Position numbers and translations under genes: made by a program
Origin: Eledone cirrhosa
Taxonomy: Eukaryota
Length of the DNA: 64,000 nt
Reading direction: 5' to 3'
NCBI GenBank assembly: GCA_964016885.1
Contig: OZ024740.1
Location: 80,538,001 to 80,602,000, forward strand
Notes under the pieces: model-generated
Databases searched by the model: none
What the model saw: only the letters and a program-made list of their open reading frames with translations
Told to the model about the DNA's origin: nothing
Shown: positions 1 through 12,160 of the stretch, one piece after another
Numbering within the stretch: position 1 is the first letter of the stretch
How the letters are laid out: every line of letters begins with the position of its first letter

Positions 1-149
1 ACACACATATATATATATATACACACACATACATATATATATATACATATACATACATATACATATATACACACATACACACATACACACATATATACAC
101 ATGCACACATCCATACAAAGAAACATACATATAAATACACATATATTCC

Positions 150-198
<49 letters not shown>

Positions 199-790
199 AC
201 GCGTACACAAATATATACAGACAGCCACACATACATATACATACACACATACACTCATATATATATACACATATACACACACATAGATGTATAAAAATGA
301 AGTAGGGCTCTACATATGGAAAAAGCAGATAGGTAAGAAGTACTTACCTAACCATAGTGCCGTGTTTCGGTTCCAAAGGGGGTAGGGTGGTATGGAGGTG
401 GGTTATTTTGTCGAGTGGTGTTTAAAAAAAAAAGAAAATCTCTTTTAGCCATCTGGCATCAACACTGGCTTAAGGTATTTAAAAGTTGCAAAGTTTTTGT
501 GCATGCAATTCGGGCAGTGTTCAGAGAGTTTGTTCAGTAGCGGGCTCTTGGCAAATAATATTCCATAGCTCTCTGAAATACAAAGGTCGCAGCACTTGTG
601 TGTATATATGTATGTATTTGTGTGTGTGTGTTTGTGTGTGTATATATATATATATTAGAAAGTGAGGTTTTTTTTACAAAATGAAAAATAACCGAGGTGT
701 CCTACACGAGTGAAAGTAAAAAGAAAAAGAGATGAAATCGAAAATGCAACTGGCGTCTTATTTTTTTTAAATATATATATTTATTTGGTT

Positions 791-828
791 CCTTTACCGG
801 TTTCGCAGTTCTTCTGCTTTTCAAAAGG
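791..828 (-). ncRNA. Minimal type I hammerhead ribozyme, U3-A8 core variant (family B, best copy)
   Basis: Minus strand reads CCUU-UUGAAAA-GCAG AAGAA CUGC-GAAAC CG GUA^AAGG: 4 bp stem I, 4 bp stem II, palindromic ACCGGU stem III. Confidence 0.85.
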
Positions 829-2076
829 TGAGTTGAGATGGAGGGTCTGTGGTTTTTCTCACATCTGGTTGGTCTCTGAATGTTACTTGTTTTATATGGA
901 AAAAGTGGCTCGAAATGCCAGGTTTTTCGAGAAGTAATTTGATTGGTTTGTCAATAATTATAATAAATTTCGCGCCAGTTCGCGTTACAATAGTTCTACA
1001 AATAAGGGGGGGGGGGATTGTCACAGGTTGTTTTTTCATATATGAGTGTTTGAATTTCTTTTTACTTGAAAAAAGGAGGCTCACGAAGCCTTTTTTTTGG
1101 TTGGTTATAAATGAAATTATGGCTGTCACGTGAACAAATTTTCATTAAATTTTTGTGCCCTTATTTGGAAATCCATTCTGTAACCTTTTTAGAGAATTTT
1201 TTGATAAGTGAAAGATAATAGTCAAGAGAAAGGGATGGGAGAATTGTTCTGGTTCAGTGAATATGGTTAGTTCGCTGGGGTGTCAGAATTCAGATTTTCT
1301 ATTGAATAAAGAAAGTAAAGATATGTGTGTTTATTTGTGTGCTTGTGTGTGTGTGTATGTGTGTTTGAATTTCTTTACTTTAAAAAAAGGTGGCTCACGA
1401 AGGCTTTTTTTTAATAAACGTGATTTGATTGGTTATAAATGAAATTTGGCTGTCACGTGAACAAGTTTTCATTACATTTTTGCGCCCTTATTTGGAAAAC
1501 TATTCTGTAGTCTTTATAGCGAATGTTATGACAATGGAAAGATAGTGGTCAAGAGAAATGGGATTGGGAGAATTGTTCTGGTTCAGTGAATATAGTTAGT
1601 TCGCTGGAGTGTCAGAGTTCAGATTTTCTATTGAAGTGAATATATCTATGTTTATTTGTGTGCTTGTGTGTGTGTATGTGTGTGTGTGTGTGTGTATGTG
1701 TGTGTGTGTGTGTGTGTATGTGTGTATTGGAAGATGATTCTATTAGTAGAAATGGGGGAGGGAGTTGTGTGTGTGTGTATATGGGTGTTATGTGTGTGTG
1801 TGCGAGTATGTTAAGATGGAGAGAATATATATTTTGTGTGTGTGTATATATATGTGTGTAGGAAAGTGGTTCTATTAGTAGAAATGGGGAGGGAGTTGTG
1901 GGTGTGGGGGTTGTTATGTGTGTGTATGGGTGTTATGTGTGTGGGAGTATGGTTAGCATGTTAAGATGAAGAGAATATATATATATATATTGTGTGTGTG
2001 TGTATGTGTGTGTGTAGGAAAGTGATTCGTTTAGTAGGAATATTTTTGAATGAACATATTTTCCTTACTTATTCGT

Positions 2077-2330
2077 AAATGTAAAGGATGCAATGAAGAT
2101 TATATAGGACAAACTAAACTCACACTCAGAAACAGAATGACAGTTCATCGCCAACAATTACGAGATCCAACCACTAAGTGCACATCTAGACATTTGCGCA
2201 AGTAATAAGACACCCAAATTCCAAGTCTTCCCATTTTACCTTTGTGCTAACAATACAACAGAACAAATGCGAATAAATAAGGAAAATATGTTTATTCAAA
2301 AATATAGACCAACATTAAATATGGTTTAAT
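2077..2330 (+). pseudogene. Penelope GIY-YIG endonuclease C-terminal fragment
   Basis: Translates KCKGCNEDYIGQTKLTLRNRMTVHRQQLRDPTT, then frameshifts. Same family as 42414-42910. Confidence 0.85.
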
Positions 2331-2800
2331 ATACATTATGTCAACACCATAATATGACATACACACACACACGCATAACACCTTCTACTTTAGAAAATCC
2401 AAACTAAATAAACCTTAACATACGTTCGCACTGACAATACAACAGCAAACACGAATAAGTAAGCAAAATATGTTCATTCAAAAATATTCCTACTAAAGGA
2501 ATCACTTTCCTACACACATACATACACACACACACAATATATATATATATTCTCTTCATCTTAACATGCTAACCATACTCCCACACACATAACACCCATA
2601 CACACACATAAAAACCCCCACACCCACAACTCCCTCCCCATTTCTACTAATAGAACCACTTTCCTACACACATATATATACACACACACAAAATATATAT
2701 TCTCTCCATCTTAACATACTCGCAAACACACACATAACACCCATATACACACACACACAACTCCCTCCCCCATTTCTACTAATAGAATCATCTTCCAATA

Positions 2801-2873
<73 letters not shown>

Positions 2874-3717
2874 ACACACACAAGCACACAAATAAACATA
2901 CATATATTCACTTCAATAGAAAATCTGAACTCTGACACCCCAGCGAACTAACCATATTCACTGAACCAGAACAATTCTCCCAATCCCATTTCTCTTGACC
3001 ACTATCTTTCCATTGTCATAACATTCGCTATAAAGACTACAGAATAGTTTTCCAAATAAGGGCGCAAAAATGTAATGAAAACTTGTTTACGTGACAGCCA
3101 AATTTCATTTATAACCAATCAAATCACGTTTATTAAAAAAAAGCCTTCGTGAGCCACCTTTTGTTAAAGTAAAGAAATTCAAACACACACACACACACAC
3201 AAGCACACAAATAAACACACATATCTTTACTTTCTTTATTCAATAGAAAATCTGAATTCTGACACCCCAGCGAACTAACCATATTCACTGAACCAGAACA
3301 ATTCTCCCATCCCTTTCTCTTGACCATTATCTTTCACTTATCAAAAAATTCTCTAAAAAGGCTACAGAATGGATTTCCAAATAAGGGCACAAAAATTTAA
3401 TGAAAATTTGTTCACGTGACAGCCATAATTTCATTTATAACCAACCAAAAAAAAGGCTTCGTGAGCCTCCTTTTTTCAAGTAAAAAGAAATTCAAACACT
3501 CATATATGAAAAAACAACCTGTGACAACCCCCCCCCCCTCTTATTTGAAGAACTATTGTAACGCGAACTGGCGCGAAATTTATTATAATTATTGACAAAC
3601 CAATCAAATTACTTCTCGAAAAAACTGGCATTTCGAGCCACTTTTTCCATATAAAACAAGTAACATTCAGAGACCAACCAGATGTGAAAAAAACCACAGA
3701 CCCTCCATCTCAACTCA

Positions 3718-3755
3718 CCTTTTGAAAAGCAGAAGAACTGCGAAACCGGCAAAGG
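3718..3755 (+). ncRNA. Family B hammerhead copy with mutated cleavage triplet (GCA)
   Basis: CCTT TTGAAAA GCAGAAGAACTGC GAAACCGGCA AAGG; U16.1 changed to C. Further copies at 5479-5516 and 43788-43824. Confidence 0.75.
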
Positions 3756-3824
3756 AACCAAATAAATATATATATTTAAAAAAAAAATAAGACTCCAGTT
3801 GCATTTTCGATTTCATCTCTTTTT

Positions 3825-3828
<4 letters not shown>

Positions 3829-3876
<48 letters not shown>

Positions 3877-3983
3877 CTTTATATATATATATATGTGTGC
3901 GTGTGTGTGTGTGTGTATGCATGTGCATGTGTATGTGTGTATATATATGTATATATATCTGTGTATATATGTATATATATGTG

Positions 3984-4021
<38 letters not shown>

Positions 4022-4230
4022 AATATATATATGTATGTATATGTGTATATATATATATGTGTGTATGTATGTGTCTGTATGTATATATATATGTGTATGT
4101 ATGTGTCTGTATGTATATATATATATATATGTATGTGTAAGTGTGTACATAGTGTATATATATATGTATATATACATATATGTGTGTGTGTATGTGTGAA
4201 TATTTGTATGTATGTGTATGTGTGTGGGAA

Positions 4231-4261
<31 letters not shown>
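3829..4261. repeat. Compound (TA)n/(TG)n microsatellite; similar tracts occur throughout, e.g. 1-290, 6146-6286, 12797-12978, 25986-26122
   Basis: Dinucleotide arrays read directly from the sequence. Confidence 0.98.
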
Positions 4262-4686
4262 TAATTATTCCGGGTTGAATCGGAGGTAACCATAGTAAAT
4301 AAGGTACTTAATACATAGCAGAGTATAACAGTTTTAATATAGAAGAGCTTCTACAGGACTAGACCTGTTTCATTCGTGAGAGATCATCAGGGAGATGGCT
4401 GTCCAAGTAAGTAGTGGTATTTATATCTTTTCTTTTCTGGTGGTAGGAGAGGGTGGGGATTGGGATGGTTGGAGGTCATAGGTTGAAGGATTTAAAGAAA
4501 AGGGAGGTCACTAAAAGCTATTTCTTTAAACCTATTTGTTAATACTGTAGCTTTAAAGAATTAGCTTTTAATGAACTACCTTTTCTATAAATCGTTCAAC
4601 CAATGACCTCCACCAATCCACCCTCTCTTACCACCAGAAAAGAAAAGATATAAATACCACTACTTACTTGGACAGCCAGCTTCCTG
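4262..4686 (-). mobile_element. pLTR-like repeat (family A) with internal fold-back and HHR motif at 4356-4404; inverted copy at ~5850-6143
   Basis: Minus strand reads CUGAUGA UCUCUCACGAAU GAAAC AG GUC^UAGUCC. 4388-4530 is mirrored at 4548-4686. Confidence 0.7.
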
Positions 4687-5292
4687 TATATATATATGTA
4701 TACATATATATATATATATATATATAAGTATTGAAGTTTCCGTTGAAAATTGAAAAAGTAATAGGAGTGAAGAGTGTTCTATGTAAGTACCAGAGCAAAA
4801 TTTAATGTATAATAAACAATACAATATAATTACCTCATTACCAGAGGTTTCCCGAATAAGACGAATACGAAAAACGCCCTCATTCGTTCGTCGGACAAGC
4901 ACGCGTATAAACACACACACACGCGCGTGTGTGTGTGTGTGTGTGTGTTTATACGCGTGCTTTCATACTCGTATGTGTATTTAATACCTGTATCTGGATG
5001 CGTGTTAACTATATTATCTTACAATTTCCTTTTTCAACTCATATTATATACATATTTGTGGTCACATATACGCAAATATACTTGCCCTCATATATGTAGC
5101 TACGCACACATTTTCAACATACACATGCATTTGTACATACACACATATGTACATTTGTGAGTGTATATACATACTTATACACATACCCTAATTATATTTC
5201 CTTATTTTTGCATTACTTTTATTTATATATTTTTAGCCCGTTAAACTCTTACATTTCTTGAGGAGACTTTTCAAATATTTCACTATGTTTTA

Positions 5293-5370
5293 AATTGCCT
5301 TATCCGACGAACGAATGAGGACGTTTTTCGTATACGTCTTATTCGGGAAACCTCTGGTAATGAGGTAATT
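5293..5370 (+). ncRNA. Type I hammerhead ribozyme with U4C core (CCGACGA)
   Basis: 11 bp stem I AAUUGCCUUAU/AUGAGGUAAUU, long stem II CGAAUGAG(G)ACG/CGUCUUAUUCG, then GAAACC UCU GGUA^. A truncated inverted copy lies at 4828-4897. Confidence 0.85.
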
Positions 5371-5997
5371 ATATTGTATTGTTTATTATACATTATATAT
5401 ATATATATATATATATACGCACACACAGATATATATATATAGATTGGAGGAAAACCACAGACCCTCCATCTCAACTCTACTTTTGAAAAGGAGAAGAACT
5501 GCGAAACCGGTAAAGGAACCAAATAAATATATATATATTTTTTAAAAATAAGACTCCAGTTGCATTTTCGATTTCATATTTTTTTCTTTATACTTTCACT
5601 CGTGTAGGACACCTGGGTTATTTTTCATTTTGCAAAAAACCTCACTTTCTGTTGTGTGTATGTTTGACTGTGTGTGTGCATGCTTTGTCACCCTAATTTC
5701 AGCCTTAACGAATTAGTTTCTAAAGAATTTCCCTATTCTTTAACCAATGAACCCCACCCATCATATAGACACCTGACTTGCATGCATTGTTAGGTTAAGA
5801 GATAAACAAGGATTGGTATTCCAATTTGAACCTGTTTACAGTAGTCTCTCTGCCTTTGTTAATATAAATTATAGCTTTAAAGAATTAGCTTTAATGAATT
5901 CCCCTTTCTTTAAATCCATCAACCAATGACCTCCACCAATCCCAATTCCCACCCTATCCTACCACCAGAAAAAATATAAATACTACCACATTTACTT

Positions 5998-6046
5998 GGA
6001 CAGTCAGCTTCCTGATGATTTCTCACGAATGAAACAGTTCTAGTCC
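5998..6046 (+). ncRNA. Family A hammerhead motif, degenerate
   Basis: CTGATGA T-TTC TCAC GAA-T GAAAC AG TTC TAGTCC; stem I is weak and stem III is mutated. Confidence 0.55.
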
Positions 6047-6141
6047 TGTAGTAACTTTTCTATATTAAAACATTTATACTATACTCCGCTATGTATTGAG
6101 TACCTTACTTACTGTGGTTACCCGCAATTGAACGCGGAATA

Positions 6142-6279
<138 letters not shown>

Positions 6280-6287
6280 ATATATAT

Positions 6288-7522
6288 AGGGCGGGTAAAA
6301 TTCCTGAGATCCATGGACTAGTTCTCTCCAGCGGTCTCTGTCTCTCATTATCGCTGCCATGTCCTGCGTCTCCAACAACCAGTGTCGGTCCTTAGGGCAT
6401 CAACATATGTTAACTTCGGTCTTACTCTTCCAGTGTGTCCATGCAGGGGATCCCACAGGAGCACTGAGTGCGGTGTCAACTTTGAATGTCGGTGAGCATG
6501 TGCAGCTAACTTCAGTTTCCTCTGTGTCACTTTTGAACTGAGGTTCGGGAGGCTCCCGTACATCTTTGAGTTCTTCATCCTCAGTGTATACTGTTTAATG
6601 TTCAGAGCCATCCTCAGCCTACTCATGTAGCACCCATCCACCATCTGAGTGAGTTTCTTGGTCAGTGTCCAAGTTTCAGACCCGTACAGCAACACAGACT
6701 CCACTACAGAAACGAAGAGGCGGATCTACAGGTCTTTACGAAGCTCCGACTTCTACACCGATCTCAAGCTGCAGCACGCCGGCAAGGCTTTTCTCTTCCT
6801 CTCGACCACATCATCTTCCGTATTTCCAATCTTTGCTCCAAAATACAGGAAGTCCTGAACCAATTCTAGCGGCTTCGCGCCTACATTAGTTATCTTCTCT
6901 GGATTCTTAATATTCTCTACCAGATATTTTGTCTCAATCTCATTCATTCTCAACCCCACACCCATCGACACAGTCACCACCTCCTGCATCAAATCCTCTG
7001 CTTCCTTCACTATGTTTGTCATCAAAACTATGTCGTCGGTAAATTCAGCATCCGATATCTTTTTTGCCTTAACTCTCCTGCTCTGAGCCGGTGTTACAGT
7101 AAAGCCAGAGTCCTGGTGTTTCTCCAGCGCAAGGCGCATACAATAGTCCACTACGATGATAAAAAGGTAGGGAGCCAATATATCTCCCTGGAGTACTCCA
7201 GCCAGTATCTCAAAGAACTCTGTCATTCCATCAGACTTGGGCTTTGGTGTTGGTGTAGAGCAGTGATATCAGGTCCACTAGCTTCTTGGGGATTCCATAA
7301 GCTTGTAAGATCTTTATCAGGCAGTGACGGTCCACAGAATCAAAGGCCTTCGTTAAGTCAAGGAAAACCATGACCACAGGAAGGCATTTTGCTCTAGCTC
7401 CCTCTAATATCTGCCTTAACATCAGGATGTGAATGGTGGTTGATCTTCCCTCTCTGAAACCATTCTGAGTGTCCCTGAGCTTTTCCATCTCGGGTTGGAT
7501 CCTGTTAAGAATCATCCTGTTG

Positions 7523-7524
<2 letters not shown>
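6288..7524 (-). mobile_element. 5'-truncated RTE-clade LINE (RT domain and C-terminus), frameshifted
   Basis: ORFs 7231-7515, 6753-7226 and 6348-6704 give QNGFREGRST, FLDLTKAFDSV, GVLQGDILAPYLF, FTDD and ESVLLYGSETW. Flanked by (TA)n. Confidence 0.93.
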
Positions 7525-7562
<38 letters not shown>

Positions 7563-8071
7563 CATTATAAAGAAAGAAGAAACATTAGATATAATTAATA
7601 AGATATACCATACCCAAATTCCTACATTAGTCCTCAACTACGTAGTTACGTGGCATATTATGCAAAAACACAACATCACAGAGATACACTATTTTTGTGA
7701 GGTCTGCCGACTTATCAAGTTTCAAAACACATCCGTAGGACGCGAGATAGAATCCCGAAAGGCGGAGGGGGAGTCAATCACGTGATACAGCGGTCAAGAA
7801 ACAGAGCTAAGCCCCTTACAACGAAGAAAAAATACCACAAAGGCTGCGGGGTACTTATATCAAAGCCGTAGAAGAGATGACTAGGATGGCGAGAAGTATG
7901 AGTAATGATAGCTTTCCAGCAGTCACTACACTTCAATGGTTACTCTACCATAAGGAGTTATAAAAATATAAATAAATACACAGATACATGCGGACACATA
8001 CATATACATGAATATATCAACATATATCCCTGAATTTGTATGTGTCCGCATGTATCTGTGTATTTCTTTAT

Positions 8072-8102
<31 letters not shown>

Positions 8103-8315
8103 TTCGTTTCTGAATTTGTTTAGCAAGATTCTTTATCTGAAATCGTGTGTTGAAACCGATATTGTTATACTTTGGGAGGGTCATGTTGCCAATAAGAAAC
8201 ACACGCACCAGTTGCTTTCACTTCAATTTATTATAATAAATTTATAATAAATTTATAAATTTATAAATTTCTGGTTGGTTGGTTGGTTCCACAACCAGAT
8301 AGTTGTTTATATATT

Positions 8316-8358
8316 GTCATAGTTCTTTCGTCACACACTCTGTGCCCTCTTCAGTGAC
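8316..8358 (-). ncRNA. Minimal type I hammerhead (family C) in the PLE pLTR
   Basis: GUCA-CUGAAGA-G-stem II-GAAAG AA CUA^UGAC. Copies at 13190-13232(-), 13344-13382(+) and 29088-29130(-), with stem II GUCACA/UGUGAC in the best ones. Confidence 0.85.
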
Positions 8359-8559
8359 TGGGGATTCCTTTCTTTGTTTCTGTGCCTCTCCTTTGTTCTG
8401 TCCTACGCCATTTTGTTTCTGTGTGTGTGTTGTGTGCTCAGTCTGCGCATGCGCCACATCCAGGTGTCTGTGTGTGTTTATGTTCATTTATTTATTTGTT
8501 TATTTACATGTTACTGGTTGGTTGTTTGTTCTATGTGTGTGTGTGTTTTCATTTTGTCC

Positions 8560-10125
8560 TTAATTGTAAGTTGTGATGTTGCTGTTCCACTCATATTTTC
8601 TATTTAATTTTGGTTGTAATTCTTTTATGTTTATTGCCTCTGTAATTTGTCTAAACATTGCGTCTTTTCTGTGTGTAGATTCTATTTTTATTTCTATGTT
8701 CTCTAATTTACCCTTGTGTTCTATTTTAGCATGTTGGTAGAGTACAGATGATTCTTTACTATCTTGAAGGTCTCGCCAGTGTTCATTTATCCGTTCCCCT
8801 ACACTAAGAGCTGTCTCACCTATGTACACTATATTTTTGTCTCTACATTGTCCTTCAGTACATCTTATGCTATACACTACATTTCTAGTTTTACAGTTAA
8901 TATGGGGGCTTATTTTACAGGTTATACATTTCTTATCTATACATGAAGGTCTTTGAAAAGGGTATGTCTTGCTAATAAGTGTTTTTACGGAGGTACCTGG
9001 TCTTTCTACTATCTTAATATTGAGTTTATGTTTATTTAGGGCCCTTCTAAATTTGTAAGCTAATTCACCTCTAGGGGTTGTATCGATGAACATTACACTC
9101 TGGTATTTATTGCTATCATACCATGAGTTTATTCTATTAGCCTTGTTCCTAGTTCTTTCTATTCTATTCCAAAATTTGCTCCTATACAAGGGGCAGGTCC
9201 CATTTATGTCATTATTTACCATTTTTTCCCATTTTGTTCTCTATACACTCTGATTTTATCTCTCTGATTGTAGCCAGAGAACTGCATACGGTGGATGAAG
9301 TGTTGTATGTCTCTCTAGTTCTTCAGGGTTTCACATGCGGGACACGTTTCTCATCACCCGTACCAAATCCGCAATCAGTATGTTGATTTTGGTATGGTCC
9401 GAAACGGCCGAGTTTCGGTGGATCAGATGTTTGGAAGTCATGGGTTTGGCATAATGGGAATGGAGGATCTGTTTTTTGTTGTTAATGGTATCTAACCAGA
9501 GCTCTGTGTCTAGTACAGGTAATCGATGGTTGGGGTGTTTACTTGGGTAGTCTATAGTAACTCTAATGCTCTTGTGGATGGAGTTTGCTATTTGCTGGAT
9601 GCTTTCCATTGTGTTTTTCTCTAGTTCCTGACTGTTCTCTAGTGGGGTGTCTTAACTACGATGTTTATATCATCAACGTAGCGGGAGTACATTATCAGGG
9701 TTAAGGGGTCTTCTAATTGTTCTTTAAGTTTAAGTTTAAGTCTACTGTCCCACCATACCATGAATAAGTTAGCTATGTCGCCTGCAATGCTAACACCAAT
9801 GGCTGCTCCTTCCTCTTGGGCATATGTTTTTCCATTAAATTTGAACATATGTTCCTTAAGGGTTAGTTTTATGCTGGCCCCTACCGCATGTGCAATCATT
9901 TTCTTCAGTTCATCGTGGTTTTCGGGTGTCCGTATGGCTCTGGTCCACCCGTTCCATCTATATGTGTGGGTTTTCTTGGCCATTGAGGTAATGGTAGGTA
10001 GTCTGCCTCTTGCTGGTCTTGTAGGGCACAGGTTGCTAAGGTCATATGTGTCTAGGTAATTATTACTATAGGTAAGTTTAAGTAGGAGTCCCAGCTCACT
10101 GGTATCAATCCCGATGTTGAGTTCC
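8560..10125 (-). pseudogene. PLE reverse transcriptase / GIY-YIG endonuclease, frameshifted
   Basis: Motifs QEEGAAIG, YSRYVDD, LPVLD, Cys-rich linker CIDKKCITC, NVVYSIRC and YIGET...ERINEH, KLNRKYE. Confidence 0.92.
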
Positions 10126-10136
10126 GTGGGATTGAT

Positions 10137-10474
10137 ACGTGTGTCTTATTTATATAAGATTATAGTGCGGCAGGGTGTTATATGTAATACAAGCACTTTA
10201 AGCGGGCAATCAAGAGTATTATGGGGGTTGTATTGGTAAAGTATTTTTTTATATGTATGATATAGAAGCTTGTGTGCAGAGAAATATTAAAAATATTAAA
10301 AATGAGAAGCAAAACAATGTTATGGTTTTCGTATACGATAAGCTTCTCTCTCATACATATAAAAAAATACTTTACCAATACAACACCCATAATACTCTTG
10401 ATTGCCCGCTTAAAGTGCTTGTATTACATATAATACCCTGCCGCACTATAATCTTATATAAATAAGACACACGT
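10137..10474. repeat. Inverted repeat, ~124 bp arms and ~90 bp spacer, at the 5' truncation point of the PLE
   Basis: 10137-10260 is the near-perfect reverse complement of 10351-10474. Confidence 0.95.
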
Positions 10475-10727
10475 GCATGCCCCACGTGTAACTATTGCAT
10501 ACACTAACTACTTCTAACTATCCTCTTGCATTATCTTCGTAAACTGCCAATGTTGTACTTTAACTTTAATTTTATTTTATTTTAATATGACTTTAATCTT
10601 TGAATGTAAATTGCCATGCTAAAATATTATAATGAATGTCAACCCACTGTGCATCAATATATACATATGTTTCTGTATGTCTCTTGTGTTGGAAAGGAGG
10701 TCATGTATGTAAACAATCATTGAAAAA

Positions 10728-10776
10728 TTGCTCCGAAGACTCCAAACCTCGGTTTGGAAGAAAGAATTGTAAGCGA
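10728..10776 (+). ncRNA. Hammerhead motif with U4C core (CCGAAGA), stem III mutated
   Basis: UUGCU-CCGAAGA-C UCCAAAC CUCG GUUUGGA A-GAAAG AAUU GUA^AGCGA. Confidence 0.7.
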
Positions 10777-10974
10777 ATAAATGGTTTGAACAGAACTTTG
10801 ATTCATGTAATTTCTATATAACTGCTCTGTAGAACAACTGATGTTATTACATTGAGCTATTTATCTTACTGGTAATAAGGTAGTAATAAATTACTGTTTT
10901 CACTATTTAGGGTTTAAAATATATATAACTATAAAAGGTTTTAGTATATACATAACCATAAATAGTATCCTTAA

Positions 10975-11027
<53 letters not shown>

Positions 11028-11054
11028 TATTATATATGTATATATATATATACA

Positions 11055-11132
11055 CAGGGTGTCCTCCCAAATTGTTTAGACATATTTATTAGAATGTTGT
11101 TGAAGTGTGTATACATTGTTTAAGACACTCTG
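11055..11132. mobile_element. Tiny Tc1/mariner-type MITE remnant
   Basis: Imperfect TIRs CAGGGTGTC / GACACTCTG, the latter followed by TA. Confidence 0.35.
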
Positions 11133-11738
11133 TATATCTAGTCACTCATTCACATATACATACAATCGCGGAGGTTTCTGTAGAATATGAGCACTGACAA
11201 ATTTCTTCTGATTAAAGTATGAAGAAAAACATAAATGTACTGCTGTAATTCTTAAGATGTCGTATTGGAAGTGTGAGAAACGGAGAGGCATTTATCAAAG
11301 ATTTATAATGCTACGATGTGTTATATTGATGGATCAGATAAAAATAATGGACCCAACTGACAACTATGACCGGTGTTTTCAATTTTATTTAATGAAATCC
11401 TTGAATTCAGTTTCCTGTAATCTGAGAAATTTTGCTCATAAAGATCTTCATGTTCACTGATTTATTTGATCGTTAATTAAAAATGTTCCCCGTGATATGA
11501 AGTCAGGTAATAAAAGAACATAAAATATATCTGTAGCAGACTGCATGCTTTGATATTTGCCTCATTAATCAACTTAGTAATAATTTCATGAAATACTTTA
11601 CTTGGCTAATAATTAACCCTAAAGAGGTTTCCATGATTTATTTTTCGATTTCTTAACACTTTCATTATTTTCCGAACAGCAACTGACAAAAATATAAAAC
11701 ATGTAATTACCGTGTCTAATGAAAATAAATTATTTGTG

Positions 11739-11803
11739 AAATTATCTTTATTTATTCATTTCATGCGCTCTCTGTATATAGAACGAATATATATATGTGT
11801 GTG

Positions 11804-11835
<32 letters not shown>

Positions 11836-11850
11836 TATATATATATATAT

Positions 11851-11930
<80 letters not shown>

Positions 11931-12038
11931 ATATATATATGTGTGTGTGTGTATATATATATATACACACACACATATATATATATATATTCGTTCTATA
12001 TACAGAGAGCGCATGAAATGAATAAATAAAGATAATTT
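11739..12038. repeat. ~300 bp palindrome centred on (TA)n
   Basis: ~50 bp unique arms are perfect reverse complements, and the TG/CA interruptions in the microsatellite are mirrored too. Confidence 0.95.
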
Positions 12039-12054
12039 ATATATATATATAAAG

Positions 12055-12160
<106 letters not shown>

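Larger units (their letters stand above)
720..3828. mobile_element. 5'-truncated Penelope-like element (family B) with an inverted pseudo-LTR; ~1.36 kb arms at 720-2076 and 2451-3828
   Basis: The arms are reverse complements (ORFs 849..1133+ and 3500..3697- give nearly the same peptide). The spacer encodes a GIY-YIG fragment. Each arm holds an internal ~300 bp tandem duplication and an HHR motif. Confidence 0.9.
8100..10125 (-). mobile_element. 5'-truncated Penelope-like element (family C, possibly Naiad-type) with 3' pLTR at 8100-8560
   Basis: Interrupted RT + GIY-YIG ORF followed by a pLTR that contains an HHR. Solo pLTR copies lie at 12978-13290 and 28970-29316. Confidence 0.92.

Noticed and set aside
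355-470. HHR-like pieces on the minus strand (TTGATGC ... CGAAACACGGC)
   Set aside because: The core and cleavage triplet are non-consensus and no clear stems form.
3799-4264. ORFs rich in YI/CV/HT (also at 11712-12300, 12749-13085, 25905-26144 and elsewhere)
   Set aside because: They are translations of dinucleotide microsatellites, not genes.
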